This document shows positions 9,971 to 20,511 of a DNA stretch of 44,385 nucleotides, piece by piece. This DNA comes from Acidimicrobiia bacterium (GTDB lineage Bacteria; Actinomycetota; Acidimicrobiia; Acidimicrobiales; JANYDT01), in contig JAYSVF010000238.1 of assembly GCA_043718695.1 (NCBI GenBank), positions 1 through 44,385 of the forward strand. The letters run 5' to 3'. The translations under genes and the position numbers were made by a program. Numbering within the stretch: the stretch's first letter is position 1; each line of letters starts with the position of its first letter. The notes beneath the pieces are model-generated. The model worked only from the letters and a program-made list of their open reading frames with translations. It searched no databases and was not told the origin of the DNA.

Positions 9971-11110
9971 GTGACGCCTCGAGATTTGCCGGTTGTTACG
10001 GTGCCTGAAATCGTTGTAGTGGGTCTGGGGCCCGCTGATGAGGCAATGCTCACGCTTGGCACGATACGGGCCATTGAGGCGCACGCACATCGGTACCTCC
10101 GAACCGGCCGTCACCCTGGTGCCACTGCGGTTCCTGCAGCGCAAACGCTTGATCATTTCTACGAAACGCATGACACGTTCGAAGAGGTGTACACAGCGAT
10201 TGTGGCTCACCTGTTCGCCGAAGCACAGATTCATCAGCGGATTCTTTACGCCGTGCCTGGCTCTCCAGCCGTGGCCGAACATACCGTGGAAATGCTGTTG
10301 GCCCAGAGTCCCGAACGGGGTGTTACCGTCACCGTTATCGCGGCACTGTCGTTCGTTGACCTCACGTGGATTCGGTTGCAACGTGACCCGCTCTCGGAGC
10401 GCGTCACCATCATCGATGGCCACCGGTTTGTTGACGATATTGCTGGTCGCCCCGGACCGTACCTGGTTTCGCAATGCCACAGCCAAGCCGTGCTCAGCGA
10501 AATCAAACTGGCGTTGAGTGAAGCCGTTCTCGATCCCGCAACGCTTCCCCAAATCACCGTACTGCAGCGCCTTGGTCTGCCCGATGAACTGATCACCACC
10601 GTCGCCTGGCACGAACTTGATCAGCGCATCATCGCGGATCATCTCACGTCGCTCTACATCCCCGAACTTCCCGATGCGTTGGGAACTGCTGCGGCCAAAA
10701 TGCATACGCTGATGCGAACGCTTCGAGAAAACTGCCCGTGGGATGCTGAGCAAACCCCAACATCGCTTACCCCCTATGTTTTGGAGGAAGCAGCGGAACT
10801 GGTCGAGGCGATCGAAGCGCTAGGGGACGTTGACCTCACCGAAAATGATGCGATTGCCCACTATGCCGATGAGTTGGGCGATGTGGCCTTCCAAGCCTTT
10901 TTCCACGCGTGCCTAGCCGAAGAAGAAGGCTGGTTCACTCTGGCTGATGTGCTCGATCGATTGTATGACCGCTTAGTATTCCGCCACCCCCACGTATTCC
11001 CCCGAGACGATTTTGATGCTTCGATGATCATCACCGCCGATGACATCTCCGCTAACTGGTCCCGCATCAAAGCTGGCGAAGTAAAGCGCCCTCTGCGGGA
11101 ACGTCGCTGA
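9971..11110 (+). CDS. mazG: YabN-like tetrapyrrole-methylase / MazG pyrophosphohydrolase fusion
   Basis: VVGLGP..YAVPGSP methylase-like domain; CPWDAEQT, EEAAE, DELGD and RHPHVF MazG motifs; position between mfd and eno. Confidence 0.88.
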   Translation: MTPRDLPVVTVPEIVVVGLGPADEAMLTLGTIRAIEAHAHRYLRTGRHPGATAVPAAQTLDHFYETHDTFEEVYTAIVAHLFAEAQIHQRILYAVPGSPAVAEHTVEMLLAQSPERGVTVTVIAALSFVDLTWIRLQRDPLSERVTIIDGHRFVDDIAGRPGPYLVSQCHSQAVLSEIKLALSEAVLDPATLPQITVLQRLGLPDELITTVAWHELDQRIIADHLTSLYIPELPDALGTAAAKMHTLMRTLRENCPWDAEQTPTSLTPYVLEEAAELVEAIEALGDVDLTENDAIAHYADELGDVAFQAFFHACLAEEEGWFTLADVLDRLYDRLVFRHPHVFPRDDFDASMIITADDISANWSRIKAGEVKRPLRERR

Positions 11111-11160
11111 GTGTTGCCTGTCGTTCTGGGTCGCAGCGGGCTTTGCGTTGTCAACCTGCG

Positions 11161-12102
11161 TTAGTAGCCAAACTCCCGGTCCACGAGATGCACGAGTGCT
11201 TCACCGTTTACCAGGCGCCTGACATTTTCTACGATGACGGGTACGCAGGTTCGCGGGTCGCTGTCAGCAGCGATGTGAGGCGTCACCGAGATATGTTTGT
11301 GCGTCCAAAATGGATGCTCTGGTGGAAGCGGTTCAGTGTTGAAGACATCAAGGTACGCGTGGCGAAGTTGTCCTGATTGCAACGCCGCCAAAAGATCATC
11401 ATCAACCACATGAGCACCTCGTGCCACGTTGATAAGCACACTTCCTTTTGGGAGGCGATTGAAAGCGGATCGGCCTAGCAGGCCGATTGTGGAATCAGTT
11501 AGCGGTAGCAGGTTCACGAGTATTTCCGATTGAGCCAGAATCCAATCCAACTCAGTTGACACCTCGACCCTGGCAATAGGTTCGCCTCTTCGGCTCCACC
11601 CGACAACGCGGAAACCCAAGGAGCACAAAGTTTGAGCGCACCGCGATCCCAACTCCCCCAACCCAAGCACACCCACGGTTCTCTCCGCTGCTAGGGGTTG
11701 ACGATGCGTTTTCCACAGACTTTCGCCCTGATATCGGGAGTAAACATCTAACTGTCGGTGGGCCGCGAGAACGTGGGCCAAAACGGTTTCGGTCATCGAC
11801 GTTGGCATACCGGGATCGACCATCCGAGCAAGGGGAATTCCATCCGGGACGCAAGGATTGTTGATCAAGCGGTCCACGCCCATCCACAACGACTGCATCA
11901 ATTGGAGCTTTGTGTACCTTCTCAAATCGGTTTCACCCATCCATCCGACCAGCGCGACATCAACGTCGGCGGGATCGTGGGAGTCACGACTGTCAATAAC
12001 GCGGTGGTTGGGGAGCGCCGCAGCGATGGGTTCAACCCACCGAGTTCGCTTCAGGTTCGGATTAACTACCACGATGGTCAACGCCTTGGGTGTGCTACTC
12101 AT
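11161..12102 (-). CDS. ghrA: 2-hydroxyacid dehydrogenase, glyoxylate/hydroxypyruvate reductase A-like
   Basis: GVLGLGELG, VNLLPLT, INVARG, LDVFNTEPLP and TPHIAA motifs. Confidence 0.85.
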   Translation of the reverse strand: MSSTPKALTIVVVNPNLKRTRWVEPIAAALPNHRVIDSRDSHDPADVDVALVGWMGETDLRRYTKLQLMQSLWMGVDRLINNPCVPDGIPLARMVDPGMPTSMTETVLAHVLAAHRQLDVYSRYQGESLWKTHRQPLAAERTVGVLGLGELGSRCAQTLCSLGFRVVGWSRRGEPIARVEVSTELDWILAQSEILVNLLPLTDSTIGLLGRSAFNRLPKGSVLINVARGAHVVDDDLLAALQSGQLRHAYLDVFNTEPLPPEHPFWTHKHISVTPHIAADSDPRTCVPVIVENVRRLVNGEALVHLVDREFGY

Positions 12103-12116
12103 TCTGCCAACATCTC

Positions 12117-13424
12117 CTACAACAACTCGGCTTTGAAACCCTTGCTTCGTAACTGGGCGAGTGCTTCTGCGCGATGCTCGGGGTTGCGTGTCTCAACCGT
12201 GAGCAACACTTCTACCTCATTGATGCCAATAATGACCCCGGTGCGATGGTGCTCAACATCCAAAATGTTGAGGCCTAAGGCGGCAACTTCGGCAGTAAGA
12301 GTTGCCAACGATCCTGGGCGGTCCGGAAAGATAACTCGTAAGCGTAAATATCTTCCGGAGGCGCTCAGGCCATGGTTCACGATCGTGGTGAGCAGTAGCG
12401 GGTCAACGTTCCCACCGGAAAGCACGGCAACAACCGGCCCAACTCCCGAGATCTTGCCTGCCATCACCGCAGCCAACCCAACCGCTCCAGAGGGCTCAAC
12501 AACGGCCTTCGCCCGCTCCAGAAGAAGAAGTACCGCCTGGCTGATCTCCTCCTCGCTCACGGTGATGACATCGTCGACCAAATCCTTCACCAATGCCAAG
12601 GTGAGCTTGCCAGGCGCACGCAGTGCAATACCGTCGGCCATCGTCGAAACACTGGTCAGGGTGGTAAGCACACCGAGATCTAAGCTGCGACGCATTGACG
12701 CAGCCCCCTCAGCTTCAACGCCGATAATGCGAATATCGGGGCGAAGCGCTCGTAACGCAAGCGCAGTTCCGGCAATCAACCCGCCGCCGCCAACAGGAAT
12801 CAATACCGTTGGTGGTGGCGAGGGGAGCGTACTCAATCCCGAAGCGCCGTGATTCCAATCGAGGTGATCCAACTCGTCGACGAGTTCCAATCCAACCGTG
12901 CCCTGTCCAGCGATGATGAACGGATCATCGAACGGTGGAACAAAGACCGCCTCCTGCTCCTCACTGAAGGACCGGGCCTTTGTCAAGCAGTCGTCGAGCG
13001 TCAACCCACCAAAGACCACCGTCGCGCCGTAGCCTTCGGTCGCCTTAATTTTAGGAAGCGACGCCGAATCGGGCATAAAGATTGTCGAGGCGCGCCCGGT
13101 TAGCGAAGAAGCAAGTGCCACACCTTGAGCATGGTTGCCGGCAGATGCAGCGACGACAGGTACGCCAGGTTTCAATCGCGAAATGTGGTTGTACGCGCCA
13201 CGGATTTTGAATGAACCAGCCCGTTGTAAATGCTCCGGCTTCAAAATCACGGGACGACCAAGGGCCCGTGAAAGCGCGTCGGCAAAACGGGCCGGGGTGG
13301 GGCGAATGACTCCAAGTAGTTTGCGCCGAGCATCTTCAATATCGGCCAGCGTGACCTGAGGCTGCATTGCATCGCCGCGGGAGGTTTCCTTTTGCGGAGA
13401 TTGAGCAGCCGCGGTTCTAGCCAT
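12117..13424 (-). CDS. ilvA: Threonine ammonia-lyase (PLP) with C-terminal ACT domain
   Basis: GSFKIRGA, ASAGNHAQG, PVGGGGL, SGGNVD and ACT motif DRPGSLA. -10 TAGGCT lies 6 nt before ATG 13424. Confidence 0.93.
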   Translation of the reverse strand: MARTAAAQSPQKETSRGDAMQPQVTLADIEDARRKLLGVIRPTPARFADALSRALGRPVILKPEHLQRAGSFKIRGAYNHISRLKPGVPVVAASAGNHAQGVALASSLTGRASTIFMPDSASLPKIKATEGYGATVVFGGLTLDDCLTKARSFSEEQEAVFVPPFDDPFIIAGQGTVGLELVDELDHLDWNHGASGLSTLPSPPPTVLIPVGGGGLIAGTALALRALRPDIRIIGVEAEGAASMRRSLDLGVLTTLTSVSTMADGIALRAPGKLTLALVKDLVDDVITVSEEEISQAVLLLLERAKAVVEPSGAVGLAAVMAGKISGVGPVVAVLSGGNVDPLLLTTIVNHGLSASGRYLRLRVIFPDRPGSLATLTAEVAALGLNILDVEHHRTGVIIGINEVEVLLTVETRNPEHRAEALAQLRSKGFKAELL

Positions 13425-13527
13425 ATCGCCAGCCTACGCTTGCACCACTCTCAAGCACTTGAATTCAGGCAATTCTCGCTTCCGACATGACGAGAATTAC
13501 ACCTCGGTGGTTAACCGCGAAGTTATG

Positions 13528-13541
13528 CGAACATACGTGCG
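13528..13541. promoter_or_regulatory. Possible LexA (SOS) box between divergent ilvA and eno
   Basis: CGAAC-ATAC-GTGCG, one mismatch from the Gram-positive/actinobacterial CGAAC-N4-GTTCG consensus. Confidence 0.35.
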
Positions 13542-13597
13542 ACGCCGGTTGTGGTGTTTCGTCCGCTAACTTCTAGATCTTCTGCAGCGTGGAATGA

Positions 13598-15106
<1,509 letters not shown>

Positions 15107-15152
15107 TCGTTCTGCTGTTTCATTTCACCCTCAAGAGAAACGCCACTTCCCC

Positions 15153-15869
15153 ATGGCTACCATCGAAATCCTTCCCCTGTTTCAGCCTCCGAAAAGCCAA
15201 CCGCTGCCTCCGCGCCAGGTGGGCAATCCGGGTCGTCCTAGAACCCCCGGTCAATCGGGGAATCCCAGTAGACCCTTTAACCCATCGGGTGCTCGGCCTG
15301 CGCAGAGTTCAGACGCGTCTGCACTTCGGGCTCGGGTTGCTCAAGGTCGGGGCATGGGAGGGCACAACGCGGCGAGCACGCGGGGCACGCAGGGCACGCA
15401 CAGAACGCAGGTGTCGTCGCGTACTGCTGGCCCCACGACAGCGGCAATGGGAGATCGGCCCGCACGCAGATTCCTGATTCGTGCAGGTATTGCTTTGGTG
15501 CTTGTTGCCCTTGGTGTTTTCGCCTTAGCGTTTTTGGGAGTTCTTCCAGCGCGAACCTACTTTGGTCAACAAGATGAATTGGTGCAGAAGAAGGCAAGGC
15601 TCATCATGCTTGGCGAGCGTAACGGCGTGCTGGAGAACCGTGTCGCTGCGCTCCAGAGCGATCAAGTGGTAGCGCGCATAGCCCGGGACCAATTCGGTAT
15701 GGTTGCGCCCGGCGACACCCTTACCGTGCTGCCTGGTTTGCGTGATGCCTCGCTGTCACTTAACGGCGATGGCAGCAATGTGGTTACTGCAGTTCCCCCC
15801 GCTGATGTTGTCGCCGACCCGGCGCTGCTGTCTTCGTTGCTGAATTGGATCAGAGGAATCGTTAGCTAA
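15153..15869 (+). CDS. divIC: Septum formation initiator FtsB/DivIC family protein with long low-complexity N-terminus
   Basis: Single TM helix followed by a coiled coil and IARDQFGMVAPGD; canonical position after eno. Start uncertain. Confidence 0.85.
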   Translation: MATIEILPLFQPPKSQPLPPRQVGNPGRPRTPGQSGNPSRPFNPSGARPAQSSDASALRARVAQGRGMGGHNAASTRGTQGTHRTQVSSRTAGPTTAAMGDRPARRFLIRAGIALVLVALGVFALAFLGVLPARTYFGQQDELVQKKARLIMLGERNGVLENRVAALQSDQVVARIARDQFGMVAPGDTLTVLPGLRDASLSLNGDGSNVVTAVPPADVVADPALLSSLLNWIRGIVS

Positions 15870-16201
15870 CTGAGCGAAGCTTCGCTTCGGGTCTCAATGC
15901 GGATTCCACCTCAAGTTCCTTCTCTTTCTGTGTAAGAGCACCAACGGTCGGGTCTTGTTGGCGGACAGCGACCCAACGAACCCTCGTCAACCGGGAGTTT
16001 TGTCTCCGTTATTGCTGAGGCTGTCGAAAGATATTCGGCAAAACCGGTGACGAATGGCACGCATTTGCGGTTTTGGTGCTAGAACGCTTGAGGGCATTTG
16101 TGCAAGTCGTTGGAACCTCGTTTTTTGGTGTTCGCGTACTTGATCGAATTGCTTTTCTTGTTGACGCAACACTTGGAATTCACGCCTTTTCGGGGGGACA
16201 G

Positions 16202-16660
16202 ATGACAAACGTAACCATGACCATCAATGGTCAAAGCCAAAGCCACGAAGTAGAGGATCGCACTCTGCTTGTGCATTACATCCGAGAGAACGCTGATCTC
16301 ACCGGCACCAACATTGGCTGTGACACCTCGTCGTGCGGCGCGTGCACGGTGCATCTCAACGGTGAGGCCGTAAAGTCGTGCACCGTTTTGGCTGCCCAAG
16401 CTGCCGGAGATGCGATCACCACGATCGAAGGCCTCGCCAAGGGCGACCAGATGCACCCAATGCAAGAGTCGTTCCGTGAGCACCATGGTTTGCAATGCGG
16501 TTACTGCACCCCTGGCATGGTCATGGCCGCAATCAGCCTGCTCGATGAGATTCCAAACCCAACCGAGCAAGATGTTCGCCTTGGCCTTGAGGGAAATCTC
16601 TGCCGCTGCACGGGATATCACAACATTGTGAAAGCCGTTCTCGCCGTCGCCAACAAGTAA
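16202..16660 (+). CDS. coxS: Molybdo-flavoenzyme (CODH/XDH family) small 2Fe-2S subunit
   Basis: [20 protein letters not shown] and NLCRCTGY; GGGGGA RBS before ATG 16202. Confidence 0.93.
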   Translation: MTNVTMTINGQSQSHEVEDRTLLVHYIRENADLTGTNIGCDTSSCGACTVHLNGEAVKSCTVLAAQAAGDAITTIEGLAKGDQMHPMQESFREHHGLQCGYCTPGMVMAAISLLDEIPNPTEQDVRLGLEGNLCRCTGYHNIVKAVLAVANK

Positions 16661-16844
16661 GCCTTCCTTGGCCAACTCTTGAGGTTCGCTCTTGTGAGCT
16701 GGTCCACTCTGGCGGTTGTCACCTTGGCCCGGCCGTCACAAAACAGAATTTGATGTTCCGACGTGGTCTCTACCGTGACCGAGCGTCGTCTGCTCGAAAC
16801 CCACTTTACCGAAGTTTTTTCATCATTCCGAGGGGGAATGTGCA

Positions 16845-19280
16845 ATGACCGATCTTCTCGATTCACCCACTGATGTTCTTTCGGCCGATGCCCCATTCCA
16901 TGGGCTCGTTGGTCAACCGCTCCGCCGTAAAGAAGACCCGAAACTTCTCACCGGTGAAGGTAAGTACACCGATGATATTGTCATTCCCGGCGCGCTGTGG
17001 ATGTCGGTTGTGCGTAGCCCGTTTGCGCACGCCACTATTAAGTCAATCGACGTCACCCAAGCCGTAGCCATGCCCGGCGTGGTTGCGGTGTATACCGGCG
17101 AAGATCTTCGTGCTGAGTGGGGCGCATTGCCTTGCGCCTGGCCCGTAACCGCCGACATGAAAAACCCTGAGCACCTGGCACTCGCAGTTGGCAAGGTCGC
17201 GTACGTGGGCGACGGAGTAGCAGCGGTTATCGCTACCTCCAAGGCCGCGGCAGAAGATGCCATGGCTGGAGTCGTAGTGGAATACGGCGAACTCCCTGCA
17301 GTAATCAGCCTGACCGAAGCGCTCAACAACAAAACGGTTATTCACGAAGGCCTAGGCACCAACGTTTCTTACGTTTGGGATCTCAAGCCCAACGAAGATG
17401 CAGTCAACGCCGCGTTCGCTTCCGCAGCGCACACGATCAAAGAGAACTACATCCAGCAGCGGCTCATTCCTGCAGCGATGGAACCCCGAGCGGTTTGTGT
17501 CGTCCCACAGCCCTTTGGTGGCGAGTACATCGTGTACACCTCCACGCAGATTCCTCACATCCTTAAGGTCATGCTTGGCCTTACCGTTGGAGTCCCCGAG
17601 CAGAAGCTCCGTGTGATCGCCCCGGCGGTTGGCGGCGGATTCGGTTCCAAGCTCAACGTGTATGCCGAAGAAGTGCTGTGCCTCGCGCTAGCCCGCAAAC
17701 TTCGTAAGCCCGTCCGCTGGACCGAGACTCGCTCCGAAGGCTCGATGGCCACCATCCACGGACGCGGCCAGGAACAGCAGATCGAACTCGCCGCTGATGC
17801 CAATGGCAAAGTAACGGCGTGTCGTGTCAACCTGCTCGCTGATATGGGTGCATACCTTCAGTTGGTAACCCCCGGCGTGCCACTGCTCGGCTCGTTCCTC
17901 TACACCGGCGTGTATGACATTGGCGCATTCAGTTTCTCGTGCACCGCCGTGTTCACTACGAAGACGCCAACCGATGCCTACCGTGGTGCTGGTCGTCCGG
18001 AAGCGACCTACGCCATCGAACGGGCGATGGATACCCTGGCTTACAAGATTGGTATGGATCCCGCTGAGCTTCGCCGCTTGAACTTCATCCCCAAATCGGC
18101 CTTTCCGTACCCGTCGGCGGGCGGTTTGGTGTTTGATTCCGGTGATTACGAACCAGCACTCGACAAGGCTCTGGGTCATGCCGATTACAAGGCGCTGCGT
18201 GCCGAGCAAGCGCTCCGTCAAGCAACCGGTTCCACCAAACACCTGGGTATTGGCATCTCCAGTTACTTCGAAATGTGCGGACTTGCACCATCACGGGCGC
18301 TCGCCGGGCTCAATTATTCTGCCGGTGGCTGGGAAGCGGCAACGGTTCGGATCTTGCCTACGTGCAAGGTCCAAGTGATCTCCGGTGCAACGCCACACGG
18401 CCAAGGTCACGAGACTTCGTGGAGCCAGATTGTGGCCGACAAACTCGGTATCTCACCCGACGATATTGAAGTGTTGCACTCCGACACGCAGATATCACCA
18501 CTTGGTCTGGACACATACGGTTCGCGTTCACTGGCCGTTGGTGGAACCGCAATTTGGTTGGCTACCGAGAAGATTATTTTGAAGGCCAAGTCGATAGCTG
18601 CGCACCAGTTGGAAGCCGCCGAAGAAGACATCGATTTCGCAGCAGGAGTCTTCAGCGTAAAAGGCTCACCTGATCGTGCGCTGCCGATCGCTGCGATTGC
18701 CTTCGGTGCCTTTACCGCGCACAACCTGCCTGATGGCATGGAGCCCAACCTTGAGGCTCATTCCAGCTATGACCCACCGAACTTCGTGTTCCCCTTTGGC
18801 ACACACATCGCCATTGTTGAAGTGGACTCTGAAACCGGCAAAGTTGATCTCATCAAATACGTGGCCGTCGATGATTGTGGCAACCAAATCAATCCGCTCA
18901 TCGTGCAAGGCCAAGTGCATGGTGGCGTGATCCAAGGTGTCGCCCAAGCCCTTTATGAAGAGGCCGTCTACGACGATCACGGAAACCTGCTCACCACCAC
19001 GCTGGCCGATTACCTCGTGCCTTCCGCGGCCGATGTGCCGAGCCTCGTGCTTGACCACACCGTGACCCCGTCGCCTACGAACCCCATGGGCGTCAAGGGT
19101 GTTGGCGAGGCCGGAACCATTGGCTCTGCCCCTGCCGTTATGAACGCCATTGTCGATGCCCTGCACAAGCCATTTGGTGTCACCGACGTTCTTATGCCAG
19201 CCTCACCCATGACGGTGTGGAAGGCCATTGCCGCCGCTCAAGCTTCACGTTCTACCTCTTCAACCAGCAACGCCGCCTAG
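16845..19280 (+). CDS. coxL: Molybdopterin-binding large subunit, form II CoxL-like
   Basis: GGGFGSK, AYRGAGR (17976-17996), HGQGHET, GTYGSRS-like DTYGSRS, VHGGVIQG and KGVGEAG. Confidence 0.9.
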   Translation: MTDLLDSPTDVLSADAPFHGLVGQPLRRKEDPKLLTGEGKYTDDIVIPGALWMSVVRSPFAHATIKSIDVTQAVAMPGVVAVYTGEDLRAEWGALPCAWPVTADMKNPEHLALAVGKVAYVGDGVAAVIATSKAAAEDAMAGVVVEYGELPAVISLTEALNNKTVIHEGLGTNVSYVWDLKPNEDAVNAAFASAAHTIKENYIQQRLIPAAMEPRAVCVVPQPFGGEYIVYTSTQIPHILKVMLGLTVGVPEQKLRVIAPAVGGGFGSKLNVYAEEVLCLALARKLRKPVRWTETRSEGSMATIHGRGQEQQIELAADANGKVTACRVNLLADMGAYLQLVTPGVPLLGSFLYTGVYDIGAFSFSCTAVFTTKTPTDAYRGAGRPEATYAIERAMDTLAYKIGMDPAELRRLNFIPKSAFPYPSAGGLVFDSGDYEPALDKALGHADYKALRAEQALRQATGSTKHLGIGISSYFEMCGLAPSRALAGLNYSAGGWEAATVRILPTCKVQVISGATPHGQGHETSWSQIVADKLGISPDDIEVLHSDTQISPLGLDTYGSRSLAVGGTAIWLATEKIILKAKSIAAHQLEAAEEDIDFAAGVFSVKGSPDRALPIAAIAFGAFTAHNLPDGMEPNLEAHSSYDPPNFVFPFGTHIAIVEVDSETGKVDLIKYVAVDDCGNQINPLIVQGQVHGGVIQGVAQALYEEAVYDDHGNLLTTTLADYLVPSAADVPSLVLDHTVTPSPTNPMGVKGVGEAGTIGSAPAVMNAIVDALHKPFGVTDVLMPASPMTVWKAIAAAQASRSTSSTSNAA

Positions 19281-19289
19281 GAGACTCCC

Positions 19290-20114
19290 ATGATTCCCGC
19301 CGCTTTTGATTACATCCGAGTCGACTCCGCTGATGCAGCTGTCGCCCAATTGGTAGAACACGGCGACGACGCCAAAATTCTCGCCGGTGGGCACTCGCTG
19401 ATTCCGCTGCTCAAACTTCGCCTAGCTTCACCAGCCAAACTGATCGACGTTGGACGGGTGAAGGACCTTTCGTATATCCGCGATGCGGGCGACCACATCG
19501 CCATTGGCGCTATGACTCGGCACCGTGATGTGGAGATCTCCGAGATTCTGGCTACGCATAACCCGCTCCTCGCTAACGCTGCCTCACATGTTGGTGATCC
19601 CCAGGTTCGTCACCGTGGCACCATCGGCGGCTCGATTGCCCACGCCGATCCCGCATCGGATCTTCCCGCCGTTGCGCTCGCTCTGGGTGCCACGTTGGTT
19701 GCTCGTGGCCCGAAGGGTGATCGCACGATTGCCGCATCGGATTTCTTCCACGGCTTCCTCACCACTGCTTTGGCTGAGGATGAGTTGCTGACTGAGATTC
19801 GTGTTCCCAAGATCACCGGCGCTGGCTGGTCGTTCCAAAAGTTCAACCGCCGTGCGCAGGATTGGGCCATCGTTGGTGTCGCTGCTTGGAAGGGCAACGG
19901 CACCTCCGGTATCGGTCTTGTGAACATGGGCTCCACGCCAGTTCGTGCCTCCGCAGCCGAAGCCGCTCTCAACGGTGGAGCTTCCGCTGCCGACGCTGCC
20001 GCTCACGCCGCCGATGGGCTCGAGCCACCAGCTGACTTGAATGCTTCGGTGGAGTTCCGTCAGCATCTTTCACGGGTTCTGGTCCGCCGAGCCCTTGAGG
20101 CCTGCGGCGCCTAA
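19290..20114 (+). CDS. coxM: FAD-binding medium subunit
   Basis: MIPAAFDY, LAGGHSLIP and RHRGTIGGSIAHADPASD; GGAG RBS. Confidence 0.92.
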   Translation: MIPAAFDYIRVDSADAAVAQLVEHGDDAKILAGGHSLIPLLKLRLASPAKLIDVGRVKDLSYIRDAGDHIAIGAMTRHRDVEISEILATHNPLLANAASHVGDPQVRHRGTIGGSIAHADPASDLPAVALALGATLVARGPKGDRTIAASDFFHGFLTTALAEDELLTEIRVPKITGAGWSFQKFNRRAQDWAIVGVAAWKGNGTSGIGLVNMGSTPVRASAAEAALNGGASAADAAAHAADGLEPPADLNASVEFRQHLSRVLVRRALEACGA

Positions 20115-20235
20115 GAAATTTCACTGGCCCTCTTGATCGAGTGGCGTCTAAAATCATCCAAACAGATCGACGGTGCGCGGAGGAACACTCCGGGTACACA
20201 CACCGCCTGAGATTCGGGGCCCCAACGTTTATCGA

Positions 20236-20419
20236 GGGGCCCCGTTTCGCATTTTTGACGGGCCCCATCTCCGCTGCGCTTCGAGTCCCGTCAATGGGCC
20301 CTAGTCCGACCGGCAAGCCGGATCGGGGTCCCGGTTCGCATTTTGACGGGCCCCATCTCCGCTGTGTTTCGAGTCCCGTCAATGGGCCCTAGTCCGACCG
20401 GCAAGCCGGATCGGGGTCC
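20236..20419. repeat. Two tandem ~88-bp structured direct repeats between convergent coxM and glyA
   Basis: Copies start near 20236 and 20325. Each has TTGACGGG...CCCGTCAA inverted arms and a CCGACCGGCAAGCCGGATCGG hairpin. Confidence 0.92.
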
Positions 20420-20511
20420 TGAACCGCGTCCGGGTGCAAGTCTTGGAACTCGTGGGATTGGGTGCTTGTTAAGCACCTAATCCCACAGGTTTGAACCGCT
20501 TTGCTGATGCC

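Noticed and set aside
11758-12852. 364-aa plus-strand ORF and many other long overlapping ORFs (e.g. 28650-29642, 40202-41098, 9902-10753)
   Set aside because: Antisense shadows of well-supported genes, expected from GC-rich codon bias; no recognisable motifs.
16073-16201. 43-aa N-terminal extension of CoxS in the ORF track
   Set aside because: A strong SD precedes ATG 16202 and the family-typical sequence begins there.
16845-19280. Bona fide aerobic CO dehydrogenase (form I)
   Set aside because: The active-site motif is AYRGAGR rather than AYxCSFR, and gene order is S-L-M.
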